This document shows positions 1 to 12,839 of a stretch of DNA of 64,000 bases, in pieces. Made by a program: the position numbers and the translations under genes. The notes under the pieces are model-generated. The model ran no database searches and was not told the origin of the DNA. It saw only the letters and a list, made by a program, of their open reading frames with translations. Position 1 is the stretch's first letter. Each line of letters starts with the position of its first letter. The stretch comes from Mobula hypostoma (lineage: Eukaryota), in NCBI RefSeq assembly GCF_963921235.1, contig NC_086097.1:123010001-123074000 (forward strand). The letters are read 5' to 3'.

Positions 1-437
1 CTTGAGTGGCCCAGTCAGAGTGCTGACCTTAACCTGATTGAACGTCTCTGGCAAGACCTCAAGATTGCTCTCTACTGATGCTCCTCAACTAACCAGGCAT
101 GGCTTGAGCAATTTTGCAAGGAGGAATGGGCAAATCTTGTTTCATCTCGTCCGTCACAGTTAATAGAGACTTATCCAAAAAGTCGACTGGCTGTAATAGC
201 TGTGAGAGGTGGTTCAACTAAGTACTGAACAAAGGGGGAATGAATAGTTTTCGACTTCTGACATTTCAGTTCTTGAATTTTTAATTTTTAAATTTTCCTT
301 GTTTTCCAGTTGCTGTGAAAGAAAAGGAGCACGTGATTCACAATAAAAAGTTTCAATTAAATTGATCAGAATCCTGGATTGTAGTACTTATTTATGTGAA
401 CACAGGGTTGGGGGCTGAATACTTTTACAAGGCACTA
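1..437 (+). mobile_element. Tc1/mariner transposon 3' fragment (decayed transposase C-terminus plus right TIR)
   Basis: Frame 1 reads LEWPSQSADLNLIERLWQDLK...EEWANL...GGSTKY*, matching the Tc1 WPSQSPDLNPIE motif, with an internal stop. It ends in GGGGCTGAATACTTTTACAAGGCACTA followed by TA. Confidence 0.85.
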
Positions 438-1581
438 TATACTTCTTATTGTTATTTATAGATTCTATTAGTATGCATTAGTATGCAGAAGTACAGCTGC
501 TGCATAACGACAAATTTTCTCTGACAAAGCCCTCCATATTTCTATCATCCATCTGCATATCGAAGAGTTTCTTAATTGTCACTATCTATAAAAAATAGTA
601 ACATCTGTCATTGTTGGTTATGAAAGAATTAAAATATGGAAGTAAACGTCCAACTGGAATGGGTCAAGGGCAGTGGAAGTAGACAAAACAAATGTCTTTG
701 TTCTTGCCATGTATTTGAAGGAATGGAGGTTGCTATTTTGTGAAACCGCTCTGCAAACTCCATTTTGTGAACTGGTGAACTGGTTTTGATTAGCTGAGTA
801 AGCTATGGTTTTGATCAGGAATTGGTAAGACAGAACATGCAGGTTCATGAATAGGACATCCTGTGTCGGACCTTAGTAACTCGAGCCTAGCAACTGGCTG
901 ATCTGCTCTGATTCAGAACAGAGATACGTTAATTACAAGTTTTACTTGCAAGAAGGGCAGTAAAATGATGCTGGTTTGGACCAAAGCCACTGGAAATCTG
1001 TTATATGTCAGCAGATAAATCAGAGCCAATGAGATTGAAACACAGCATTTGAACTGATAAGGGAAGAAGAATGGGGAGCTTCAGATGCAAAATGGTGAGA
1101 ACTCTGGAGATTAACAATCGCAAGACTCCCATGTCAGGGCCTGTGTGGAGAAGGATCAATCGTTTGGGCAATGGGAAATCCCCTATTTCAGTGTTATAAA
1201 TTAGAGAAGTGATCTTAGGTTGTATTGGGACAGAGGGAGAAGTAGAATTCATGTGTTAAGTTGTTGGCCTGGGGTCAACATAGTTATGTTGATGTTTGTA
1301 CAGAGACAATAAAGTGCGTGCTTTGATTAATTAAGAGTTGTGTAGTGAATTGCCTAACCTAGACCTGCTGATGATAGGTCAACAATGTAAAACAGATTTT
1401 TAATGGGGTTACAGTATTTTGTGAAACACCGCAGGACTGTATCAGTCCTTCATGAGCAGAAGGTGTGATTGTTACAAGTTGTTTAAGACAGTTTCTAAGA
1501 GAAATCGAAGTATTCACACACTGATTTTTTTTTGGCTGTACATCAGCTTTTTCCACCTTCTGTTTTTCTTTCTTGCTGCAG

Positions 1582-1690
1582 GGTGCCACAGAATATAATT
1601 AACCTGAGTGATTTTCCAAACAGAGTAGACCTGAACCTGATTCGATGGAACGGCAGATTCTTTTCCGATATACCACCTGTGTTTGACTGA
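1582..1690 (+). CDS. putative terminal coding exon of an unidentified plus-strand gene
   Basis: Strong acceptor tgtttttctttcttgctgcag|G. The phase-2 frame reads VPQNIINLSDFPNRVDLNLIRWNGRFFSDIPPVFD* in non-repetitive sequence. No homology check was possible. Confidence 0.5.
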
Positions 1691-2032
1691 ATCCATGCGG
1701 GACGTGAATTTTGTATTTCCTGCCTGCCCCACTTTTGGAATTCTACACAGCTATCACTTCAGGAAGTAACTTTGGTTGTCTGGCAGCAAGCTGGCCCCTT
1801 CTACCTATCCTTTAAGAAGGTTCTGTCACAGCGGGAGCCTTTGATGGGAGGCACCATGCAGATTCACCATCCAGCTGCATTGTTTTGCTTCTGAGGTTCA
1901 GCACTACATGCACAGTGATGGAATATGACATGGGGATTTTGTTAGCTTTTGATAATTACATTGATTTAGCGTAAACACCACCGTTAACAGTTGCTGCCAC
2001 AGAGGTGAAGCAATTTTAGCTCGGTGACTTCT

Positions 2033-2240
2033 GGAGTTTGGAACTGCATTCCACTGCTGTCTGTAAATAGTCTGTACGTTCTCCCCATGAACCGCATGGG
2101 TTTCCTCCGGGTGGTCTGGTTTCCTCCCACAGCCCAAAGACGTACAGGTTGGTAGATTAATTGTCCTGTGATTAGGGTAGTGTTAAATAGGAGGGTTGTT
2201 GAGTCAGAGGGGCCTGTTCCACACTGTACCCCTAAATAAA
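2033..2240 (+). mobile_element. V-SINE-like (HE1-type) tRNA SINE, degenerate
   Basis: Core TGTACGTTCTCCCCATGAACCGCATGGGTTTCCTCCGGGTGGTCTGGTTTCCTCCCACA recurs several times in the window; AATAAA-type tail. Confidence 0.7.
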
Positions 2241-2475
2241 GGAATGAACATTTTGAAAAGATTCAGTCACAAAATACTTGAATTCTGTGGTGACTTTGAG
2301 AACCATGGCTGTGTCTGTGTGGCTCAGCTTCCAGTGTGAGGTAGAACAGTGATAATACCTCCATTAGACACAGTGAAAGTAGGTCTCCTCAGACAGAGTC
2401 CAAAGACCTGGCTTCTGGACCGATGCAGGCCAAGCAGCACCTGACTAAGCTGCCGGCGCCATTGCTGTTCATTCC

Positions 2476-2900
2476 TGATGGCTCTGGGCCTGTACTCACT
2501 GCCGTTTAGAAGAGATGGACGACCTCATTGAAACCTATCAAATATTGAAAGGCCTAGATAGAGTGGACATGGAAAGGATGTTTCCTAGAATGGGGAGAGT
2601 CTAGGACAAGAGAGCATAGCTTCAGAATAGAAAGACATCCCTTTAGAAGATGAAGAGGATTTTTTTTTTGCTGAAGGGTCATGAATCTGTGGAATTCATT
2701 GCCACAGACGGATGTGGAGGCCAAGCCAGTGGGTATATTTAAAGATAAGGTTGATAAGTTCTTGATTAATAAGGGTGTCAAAGGTTTTGGGGAGAAGGCA
2801 GGAGAATGAGGTAGAGAGGGATAATAAATCAGCCATGATGCAATGGCGGAGCAGACTCGATAAACTGAATGGCCCAAATCTGTTCTCATGTTGTATAGTT
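2476..2900 (+). mobile_element. CR1/HER1-like LINE 3' fragment
   Basis: Closely similar to other CR1 3' ends in the window (for example GTGAATCTGTGGAATTCATTGCCACAG...GGATAATAAATCAGCCATGATG). Confidence 0.8.
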
Positions 2901-3544
2901 ATAGACTACTATATATCTTCTCACCCTCTGAATACATGGTACAACATCAAGCAGACCCGAATGTACACACCCAAAGAGGTACTTGCAGATGTAGGTACTT
3001 CTAGATACTTGTAGGTGTAAGTGGCTAATACAAGGGGGCATAAATTTAAGGTGATTGGAGGGAAGTATCGGCGAGATGCAGATGCAGGGTTGTTTTATAC
3101 ACAGAGAGTGGTGAGTGTGTGGAATGTGCTGTCTGGGGTGGTGGTAGCTGCTGATACTTTAAGAATATTTAACAGATAGGCACATGAATGAAAGAAAAAT
3201 GGACGGCTACGTAGGAGGAATGGCTTAGAGTAGGTTAGGTCAGCACAACAATGTGGGCCAAAGGGCCTGTACTCTGCAGTATTGTTCTATGTTCTAAATG
3301 CTCTGACATGCATAATAAGAAACAACAAATAGAGCTACAAGATCAGTAATGCAGAAAAGGCTTAATAATGAGGAAGCTAATTCTACCTTGGTAATGAAAT
3401 CTTGATCTTGCATTGACAACAGAATTTAATAACTATGCAAGTGCAAAATGGTAAGGTCCCAATGTTAAATAGGTGTGCACACCAGAAACAGAGAGTATTC
3501 TAGAGACCAGAGGGTATTCCTTGTGACAACTGTGACAGAATAGA

Positions 3545-3910
3545 ACAGTACAGGCCCTTCAGCCCACAATGTTGTGTCGACATTTTAACCTACTCTAAGA
3601 TCAATCTAACCCTTTGGTTAATGCTAAGGTTCCAAGGCATTAGAAAGGTTGGGGACCCCTGATCTAACCCTTCCCTCCTACATAGCCCCGCATTTTTCTA
3701 TCATTCATGTGCCTAGCTAAAAGTTTTTTAAAATGTTCCTATTATCTGCCTCTACCAACACCCATGACACTTTCCACTCTCTGTGCAAAAAACTTATCTC
3801 AGACACCACTCTGTACTCTCCTCCAATCACCTTAAAATTATGACCCCTGGTATTAGCCATTCTGCCTTGGGAAAATGTCTTTGGCTATCCATTTGATCTA
3901 TGCCTTTTAC
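3545..3910 (-). mobile_element. CR1-like LINE 3' fragment
   Basis: Reverse complement of the CR1 3' UTR (ACAGGCCCTTCAGCCCACAATG...TTATGACCCCTGGTATTAGCCATT); interrupted at 3612-3661. Confidence 0.7.
3612..3661. mobile_element. one-ended hAT (Charlie-like) MITE remnant with 8-bp TSD
   Basis: Ends in AAGGTTGGGGACCCCTG (reverse complement CAGGGGTCCCCAACCTT). Flanked by ATCTAACC at 3604-3611 and 3662-3669. Confidence 0.6.
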
Positions 3911-4770
3911 CTATGCAATGTTAAAGAGGGAAAGAGGAAGCATTTTAGATTCCGGAGGGTACTCCTTGTGACAACTGGGAAAACAATGTTGCTCTATGAG
4001 CACATGGTTCATAAAAACCAGTAATAGCAAATGGAGAGGTGACACAGTTGACTGGGGATGCAACAAGAGTGAGTTGGAAGTAGGTTTATATGCATGATAC
4101 CTCACAGAGAACATTTTTAGTCACGGTCTCACAACAGAGCCTGATGCCGAAGGGAACCCAGCAACAACTTGACTTGGAAACATACCATTTATTTTTTCCC
4201 TGAGCATGACCTTATATCAGTCTCCAATCACGTTTCACTACTTTCCACCCACCCCTAATATTTTATACTCCCTCCCTTGAAAAATACTTGCTTCCAATAA
4301 CAAACTAGCAGGAACAAAAATAAACATTTTTTTTCTCTTTAAATTGCAAATTGTAACTCTGATTATTTCTGTTGAGCAGAAGCCCAAATATATCCCTTTG
4401 GTTCTCCGACATTAGAATTTACATGTTATTCAGCATCAAGGTAACTGTACAACTCTAGTATCTATGAATACAAAAGTATATGATTTTATAATTCAAAATA
4501 TATTGCCATATTTCATACACCAGTGATGTATACAGCTTTTTTATTAGCACTCAATGTTTTGAACAATTATTATTTCATTCTGCTGAAGAGTAAATCTCTA
4601 AAGGATCTAAGAGCTTTGATTTAATTCATCCCAAAAGTCTTGCCATTTCATTTTTTTCCCTCTCTTGACAGATGTTGTTTGTGTGATATTTGACCCAGGA
4701 GAGGAGCTATTTACTTTCGATCTTTTACCAGTTTTCCGGCTTTCACAGAGGTTACACACGAACTGTCATC

Positions 4771-4888
4771 TTATTTCACTTCGAGTTCCAGCTCATCTTC
4801 CTCACTAATTGCTTCTGCAGAGTCATCAGGGCTATACACCGAGCTTCGCTTTATCCCAAACAGTGAGCTTGTCTGCTGTCTTCTTAAC
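4771..4888 (-). CDS. putative terminal coding exon of the minus-strand host gene
   Basis: Acceptor ctttttacatag|G. The phase-2 frame reads LRRQQTSSLFGIKRSSVYSPDDSAEAISEEDELELEVK*, with an acidic C-terminal tail. AATAAA lies on the minus strand at 4545-4540. Confidence 0.6.
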
Positions 4889-5374
4889 CTATGTAAAAAG
4901 GATTAAAATCACTGCAATATTTTGGCTTAATCTTCCAAGAAGTAGCTTTATTTGCTCAGCCAAGTGAAAACATATCACTAAGGTACAGCAAAATCCACAT
5001 TGGTAGACTTTATGTTTGTTTGATACAGAATGTACTCTCTGTCCCCACGGACACAGCTTAAGCAGAGGTTAGCAGTGCCTGGGATGATCTCTGAAGAACA
5101 TGCTGATGGAATTTAATCAGCTAAATCCGCAGAGCTTCCAATACGTAATACTTTAGCCGCCAATCCCCATTCCTCTCCACAGCCACCATCTGACATATGG
5201 GAGACAATTTAAATTTTGTTGCTTATTACTAACACTGTCCCAGGACGATGTATTCAGAAAAGTTCAAAGAGCTCAAAATTGTGAGAGCATTTTATCAAAT
5301 TCGACAGGATGGTAATCTATCACATTCTGCAATCTCATCTCCAAATATTTCCCCAATTATAACTATGTCAGTAA

Positions 5375-5970
5375 GCCAGAGGATTAATGATGTACGTATA
5401 AAGCTTGCTGAGGTTTTCTAAGGCATTGGTCAGACTGTACTTGCCTAATTTGGGAGCAGTTTTGGGCTCCTTATCTAAGAAAGGATATGTTGACATTGGT
5501 AGGTCCAGAGGAAGTTCACGAGAATGATCGTGAGAATAAAAAGGTGAATGTATGAGTTGCTTTTGATGGCTCGGGACCTGTACTCGCTGGAGTTTAGACG
5601 AATGAGGGGCGGGTTCTTAATGAAACTTACGAAGGCTTACACAGAGTGGACACGGAGAGGATGTTTCCTGCAGAAGCAGAGTCTAGGACATGAAGGTACC
5701 ACCTCAGAATAGAATGATGTCTCTTTAGAACAGAGATGTGAAGGTAATTTTTTTTAGGTAGATGGTGGTGAATCTGGGGAATACATTGCCACGGGTGACT
5801 GTTGAGTCTAAGTCATTAGGTATAGCTAAAGTTGAGGTTGACAGGTTCTTAATTAGTAAGGTCATCAGGTTACAGAGATAATGGATTTGAGGGGGATAAT
5901 AAATCAGCCATGATGGAATGGTGGAGCAGACTTGATGGGCCATTCTGCTTTGATATCTTCTGTGGTCCTA
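5375..5970 (+). mobile_element. CR1/HER1-like LINE 3' fragment
   Basis: Decayed LRLYKALVRPHLEY-like region followed by the CR1 3' UTR. Confidence 0.75.
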
Positions 5971-7204
5971 TGCCTTACGTTCAAAGTAAATATATTATCA
6001 AAGTACATATATGTCACCATATACTTCCCTGAAAGGAAAGAGGAGGGGCACCAGAGGGAGATGATAAGCAGGTAATAGGAGGGGAAGGGAGCCAGTATTA
6101 AGAATGGGAGGGGGGGGAGGGGTGGGGGAAGGAGTGGCACAAGATATGGAGAGGGCACAAGATCCAGGTGAGGAGCATGATAAGCAGATGGAGGAGGTAA
6201 GAGCGGAAATAGTGATGGAGGCTGGGAGGTGATTAGTGGACACAATGGAGGGCTGCATAGGAAATGTGAAACATAGAACCAAATAGAGGAGATGGGGTGG
6301 AGAGTTAGGGAGACGGGAACAGTGGCAAGTGTACTGGGGAAATTGGAGGCCCAATGTCTGTGAGTTTACAAGAGCAACGGAGGATGGAGGCCCAGAGGCA
6401 GCCTGCCGTTGGGTTGGAAGCCTGCCTGTGTATGTGAGTGGGAGCGAGGAAAGCGACTTGTTTTGTTGGTGGTGCTTGTGTTGTTCTCTCGAACGGTGAA
6501 GGCATGCCCCTGTCCTGTGCTCTCCAATCATTTGCTGAGGCTTGGGCCTGGCGCACCCAGACTACCTGCCAAGGACTCCCTTCGAGCTCATCTGGTTCCA
6601 TTGGCTGCACTCCTTTGAAACATGCTGGATTCACTGAAATGTTAATTAAAATTGTATTGGGTTATAAATTAAATAGCATCTGATAGTCTGGAAGATCACC
6701 TAGTCTGGCACCTCTGAGGCCGTGAACATGTGAGATTAAAGGATTTTTACTGTACATCAAACCATATAATTCAGAAGCCAAAACATGCTCCTTCCTCAAC
6801 AAAATCTTACAATGTAACATTTTAGAATGGTCAATCTTCTTTTTATCCCAACTATTCTCAGACATGATAATGGGAGATAGAGTTGAAATAAGTGCCATGC
6901 ATTCTTCCTTTTGTCCGGGATACCATAGGCTGCTCAGCCTAGTCTTATTGTGATTTCAAATGATTTTGACACATAACCATTCATAAATTGCTGTATGACT
7001 CATATTAACTGGATCTGAACTTCCTCGATAACTGGCAAAAGTGGCAAGTTTAAAACAACACACATAAAAGTTACTGGTCCAGCATCTGCAGATTTCCTCG
7101 TGTTAAAGTTTAAAACAGCCCTGTCCAGATAAATCCCTGTGAACATTATCACTGAGATTGCTACTGCACCACCCAAGTGCCATCTTCAGCCTGGCAATTA
7201 ATGA

Positions 7205-7680
7205 TACTGAAATCAGAACCAGGTTGATTATCACTGACATACAGCATATCATGAAATATGTTATTTTGCAGCACCTGCACAGTGCCATACTTAAGAAATT
7301 ACTATAAATTACAATAAGAAACATATTTTAAATAGAGTAGTGAAAAAAGTGAGGTAGTGTTCATGATCCATTCAGAAATCTGATGGCAGAGGGGAAGAAG
7401 TTATTCCTAATATGCTGAGTGTGTGTCTTTAGGCTCCTGTACCTCCTCCCTGATGCTGGCAATGAGAAGAGGCATTTCCTGGACGGTGAGGATCCTGAAT
7501 GATGGATGCTGCTTTCTGAAGGAATTGCTTTTTTAAAGATGTCCTTGTTTGTGGAGAGGCTTGTGCCAATGATGGGAGCAGGCTGAGTTTTCAAATCCCT
7601 GCAGCTTTTGCCGATGCTCTGCAGTGTCCCCTCCATACCAGGTGGTGATGCAACCAGTCAGAATGCCCTCCACGGTACAA
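7205..7680 (-). mobile_element. Rex1/Babar-like LINE 3' fragment
   Basis: Minus-strand peptides TVEGILTGCITTWYG and FSLPASGRRYRSLKTHT..NNFFPSAIRFLN. Confidence 0.75.
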
Positions 7681-7879
7681 AACAGCGGCCTCCTGGTCAC
7701 AGTTTTGCCTGATGACTTCTGCCTCCCCACTTAACAAGCAGATCCAAGTTTAAGGCTACTGCAATATAATCCAAGGATCGCATTATCACTTGGCAACGAT
7801 GGCAAAAGAAGGACGATTGGGGCAATTTTAACTACAAAGCAATCAGATGGGTTTTGAGCTCAGTGAGGATATTAAGGGG

Positions 7880-9635
7880 AAATTTTACCTGACAAATCTG
7901 TTAGATTTCTTTAAGGAAGTTACAAACAGGATAGACAAAGGAAAGTCAATGGATGCCCTCCCACCATTCTGCACATCTACATGAAGCAGGAAAGCAGTAT
8001 CTATCATCAGGGATCCCTACCACCCAGGCCTTGGTCTCTTCTCGCTGCTGCCATCAGGAAGAAGGTATAGGAGCCGTAGGACTCACACCACCAGATTCAG
8101 GAGCAGTTACTACTCCTCAACCATCAAGCTCTTGAACCAAAGGGGATAACTTTACTCAACTTCATTTGTCCCATCATTGAAATGTTCCCACAGCCAATGG
8201 ACTCACTTTCAAGAACTTTTCATCTCATGTTCTCGGTATTTATTGCTTACTTATAAATTACTATTGTTTCTTTCTTTTTGCATTTGCACAGTTCGCTATC
8301 TTTTGCACAGTGGTTAAATGCCCAAGTTGGTGCTGTCGTTCATTGATCCTACTATGGATTCCTTAAGTATGCCCGCAGGAAAATGAATCTCAGAGTTTTA
8401 TATGGTAGCATATTTTATATATATATACACACACACACACATACATACACACACATATTGATAATACGTTTACTTTGAACTTTGTTCACTCAGACTTTTA
8501 AAAGGCTTTAACCAAGGTGCCACATGAGTCTACTAAACAAATCAAAGCCCAACATTTTACAGGAAAGGTACCAGCATGGACAGAAGATAGGCTGACAGGC
8601 AGAAGGAAAGAGTAGAAATAAAGTGGGCCTTTACTGGTTGGCTGCCAGCGACTAGTGGCATTCCACAGGGGTCATTGGTTGGATCTACTACTTTTCACAT
8701 TATATGTTAATGAAATGGATGATGGAATGGGAGGACAAGATTGCAGATGACACAAAGAAAGGTGGAAAGTCGTATGGTGGTGAAGAAGCAGGAAGTTTGT
8801 AGGACTCGGACAGATTAGGAAAATGAGTAAAGAAGTGGCAGATGGAATATGGCAAAGGGAAGTGTATGGTCATACATTATGATAGAAAAATTAAAAGCAA
8901 AGATTATTTTGTAAATGGAGAGAGGATTCAAAAATCAGAGGTGCAAAGGGACTTGGGAGTCCTCGGGCAGGATTCCCTAAAGGTTAATTTGTAGGATGAG
9001 TCAGTAGCAGGAAGGCAAACGCAAGGTTAGCATTCATTTCAAAATCATTAGAATATAAAAGCAAGGATATAATGCTGAGGCTTTATAAGGCAATGGTCAA
9101 ACCACATTTGGAGTATTGTGAATAGTTTGGGGCCCCATCTCTAATAAAGGAAATGCTGGCATTGGACAAGGCCCAGAGAAGGTTCAAGAGTATGATCCTG
9201 GGACTGAAAGTATTAACGTATGAGGAGCTTTTGATACCCCTGAGCCTGCACTCACTGCAGTCTCGATGGATGAGGGGGATCTCACTGAAACCTGCAGAAC
9301 ACTGAAAGGCCTAGAGAGAGTGGATGTGGAGATGTTTTCAGTAATGGGACAGGCTAGGACCAAAGGGCACAGCCTCAGAATAGAAGGATGCCCCTTTTAT
9401 TTAGCCAGAAGGTGGTGAATCTGTGAAATTCATTGCCACAGACAGTTGTGGAGGCCAAGTCATCGCGTATAGTTAAAGTCGAGATTGGTAGGTTCTCCAA
9501 TGGTAAAGGCATCAAAGGTCACAGGGAGAAGGTAGGAGAATGGAGTTGAGAGGGAGAATAAATCAGCCATGGTGGCATGGTAGAGCAGACTTGATGGCCA
9601 AATCACCTAGTTATGCTCCTATGTCTTATGGTCCA
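7880..9635 (+). mobile_element. CR1/HER1-like LINE RT-to-3' fragment, interrupted by a Rex1-like 3' fragment (about 7950-8483)
   Basis: Decayed RT motifs (LTNLL.FF, GIPQGS, ADDTK) and the 3' UTR. The insert carries LLPSGRRYRS and a TTTACTTTGAACTTTG tail. Confidence 0.8.
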
Positions 9636-10784
9636 AAAATTTTTTAAATTCTTAAACCCATCTTTACCGACTCACTTTAAGTTCTGCTCTTCAATTAAAT
9701 ATTATAATGAAGTTGTCAACCAAATATTTAAATGGTCAGTTAGTGTTTATGTTTGACTAAGGTTTTTACGCTTTGGGAAATTAAAGGAATACCCAAACAG
9801 ACTTCCAGAAATATTTTTTTAAATATCCTAGTAGCAGTCTTGTGAGTGACATAAATCAGGAATCTTCTTCCCAGTCCAACAAATACCTTCCTTCTTTCCC
9901 ACCTTTGGCCCCAGTTTAGCCAAAGACAAAGCTCTGGTAAATCTCCCAGCACGGAGGACTGATGGACACTCCTACAATCCTGCAACCAGAACAACTCTGT
10001 TAATCTGGCATGGTTAAAATATGGGTGGAATACACAAAGTATTGTTGGAACTCAGCAGGTCAGGCAGTTTAGAGCATAGGGCATAGTATGTCATTGTGGA
10101 TTTCAATCAGAATAACCTTTGGTGACAACGTGCATAATCCTGCACAAATATTCTCCTTCTTGTGCTGTTACTTCTACCATTGTTACTGGCATTCTTGTCC
10201 AACACCTCTCACTGTACAACACTGCCAGTTGCTCCCACAAGCAATCTATAATCAAGCACACTCCTTTCCTCTCTCTATTTATTCTGGGTCTTTCTCAAGT
10301 GACAATTTAGAATATAGAACATAGAACACCACAGCACAGTGTCGCCTCTTCAGCCCATGACGTTGTGCCAAACCTTTAACTCATTCCAAGATCAATCTAA
10401 CCCTTCCCTCCTACACAGCTCTCTGTTTTTATACTGTCCATGTGCCTTTACAAGAGTCTCTTAAATGTCTCCAATGTATCTCCCTCTATCACCACTTCCG
10501 GCACAGCGTTTCGCACACACACACCACTCTCTATAAAAAATGCACTTCTGACATCCCCCCCTATACTTCCCTTAAAATTATACCCCCTTGTATTAGCTTC
10601 TCCACCCTGAGAAAAAGTCTCTGGCCGTCCACTTGATTTATGTCTATGGAGAGAATTGGGCAATCGGCATTTCAGGTTCAAACCCTTCATTTGGGTTTAC
10701 CCAGGACCTTGGTGGTGCTGGAATAAGAGTTTTTGTAATGTTATTTAGTTATTATTCCAATGCACACTTAATTCACTTTTTGGT

Positions 10785-11105
10785 CCAGCACAGTGGTATA
10801 GTAGTTAGCTTAACACTTTACAGCACCATCTGTAAGATTGGGGTTCAATTCCTGGCATTGCCTGAAGGAGCTTATACGTTTTCCCTGTGGCCCATGTGGA
10901 TCTTCTCCTGGTCCACTGGTCTCCTCTCATATTTCAAAGCCGTATGAGTTATGGTTAGTAAACTGTGGACATGCTATGTTGGTGCCCAAAACACGGTGAC
11001 ACCAGTGGGCTGCCCCAGCATACCCTCCATGCAAACGATCCATTTCACACTGTTTCCATATTTCAACATGCATGTGGCCAATAAAGCTAATCTTTTCCTA
11101 AATCT
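10785..11105 (+). mobile_element. V-SINE-like tRNA SINE
   Basis: A-box-like TGGTATAGTAG, B-box-like GGTTCAATTCC, V-domain-like core and AATAAAGCTAATCT tail. Confidence 0.65.
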
Positions 11106-11263
11106 TTTTATAAGATGTTACACGGTCACATTTCAGTGAACCCGTAAGTTTCAAGGTATCATGGGAAACTGAACCAGCTGTGCAAATGGGAACATGAGAA
11201 CCGGGACCAGGACAAGTGCACAGGAATGTTGGACCTTGGCAAGTTCAAAGTTCAAAGCTGTAC

Positions 11264-11461
11264 ACAACACGGTGCTCCCTCCTCACTACCCTGTCCACAA
11301 CATTGTGCTGCTTCCTCATTACCCTCTCCGCAGCACAGTGCTCGCTGCTCAACGCCCCCTCCGTCACACAGTGCTCCGTCCTCCCCACCCATCCTGCAGT
11401 GTCTCACTCTCACCTCATTGCACCCGTATGGCATGGTGCTCCCTCCTCACTGTCCCCTCCC
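11264..11461. repeat. degenerate 33-bp minisatellite, about 6 units
   Basis: Units resemble ACAACACGGTGCTCCCTCCTCACTACCCTGTCC at 33-bp spacing. Confidence 0.7.
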
Positions 11462-11474
11462 CTCCCCACAATGA

Positions 11475-11782
11475 TTCTGAAGGGGTCGGTGTTGGGACCA
11501 CTTCTTCTCATGCTACATGTCAATGATTTGCATGACGGAATTGATGGCTTTGTGGAAGATATGAGGATAGGTGAAGTGACAGGTGGTGTTTAGGACGCAG
11601 GGAGTCTGCAGAAGGACTTAGATTAGAAGAATGGGCAAAGAAGTGGCAGAGGGAATACAGTGTTGGGAAGTGTATGGTCATGCATTTTGGCAGAAGGAAT
11701 AGAGGCAAAGACTATTTGCTAAACGTGGAGGAAATTGAGAAAACAGAGGTCCAAAATTAACTTACAGGTTGAGTTGCTGGTA
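11475..11782 (+). mobile_element. CR1 RT fragment that hosts the L1 insertion (continues at 17711-17757)
   Basis: GSVLGPLL...VNDL motif. The sequence reads through as CAGGTT-GAGTTGCTGGTA-AGGATGGCGAATGCAATG across the L1. Confidence 0.8.
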
Positions 11783-11939
11783 GAGGGACTTCTGGTAGCG
11801 CTCATGGAGTGAAGTCGCGTTCTTGACTCGCTCCATTACCTCTGAGTTTTTTTTCTCTATGGTCAGCTATACTTTAATTAACCATTAAGGCATCAATTCT
11901 TACAATACTTTGAATTAAACTGAATTCTCCGACAACTGG

Positions 11940-12839
11940 ATGATACTTAGATCTGCTATGTCTAAGAACGGGAAAAACGGCAAGGATGGTAAACCTCCGG
12001 TTAAACCGAAAGCTACGGATCTCCCCCCGACTGAATCACCGGTGACTTTGAAAGCGATATCGGAGTTAATTCAGAGGGAAATTTCAACCTCTGTTAGGGA
12101 GATGATTCGTACGGAAATTGCAGGCTCTGTTAAAGACCTGATTCATACGGAAATCTCAACTAATTTCCAGAAAATTGCCGATTTAATTGATAAGATGCAA
12201 ACATGTATTGCGGAACATCAGTCGGCTATATCTGATCTTCAAAAATTCGCGCAACAAAGTGAGCTTAAGATGGGGAAAATCGAAGAAACAATTAATGTAA
12301 TGAAGAAGAAACTTGACTTTTTGACTTTTAAAAACTCTGACTTGGAATCTAGAATGCGACGGCAGAATTTACGAATGATCGGGGTAAGGGAAGCCGTGGA
12401 ATCCAACAATCCCATGAAATATTTTTCTCAACTTTTAAAAGATGCATTCCCTACTGTATTTCCTGACCAACCACCGCTTCTGGATCGTGTTCACAGAATC
12501 CCATCATATTCGTCTAGGTCAGATAGACCTAGGCATGTTATTTTACGTTTTCATTATTTTCAAGACAAGGAGAGACTGTTTTGATTCGCTCGATCTAAAG
12601 GTTTCATTGATTTTTTGGATCTTAAGTTCCGATTCGTGGAAGATTTCAGTAAACCAATCTGGGACCAACGGGTTCGTTACAGATCCGTGATGTCGGAATT
12701 CTATAAGATGGATTTAAGACCAGCGCTGCTGTACCCTGCACGTCTAAGGATTCGCATGTCAGATGGAGCCCTTCGTTTTTTTGATTCTCCATCGGATGCC
12801 CAGAGTTATCTGGATCAACTTTCATCTTCAACATCTTAA
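11940..12839 (+). pseudogene. L1 ORF1p (coiled coil, RRM, CTD), one in-frame TGA at 12582-12584
   Basis: Heptad coiled-coil region, DLESRMRRQNLRMIGV, LDRVHR, RPRHVILRF and LLYPARLRI motifs. ORFs 11940-12584 and 12615-12839 are in the same frame. Confidence 0.93.

Noticed and set aside
5904..6683. Overlapping ORFs of up to 177 aa
   Set aside because: Low-complexity purine-rich, repeat-like sequence with no recognisable protein motif.
9903..9979. Possible minus-strand exon (SVHQSSVLGDLPELCLWLNWGQ)
   Set aside because: Phase-compatible with either gene model depending on the acceptor used, but the splice sites are mediocre; cannot be decided from sequence.
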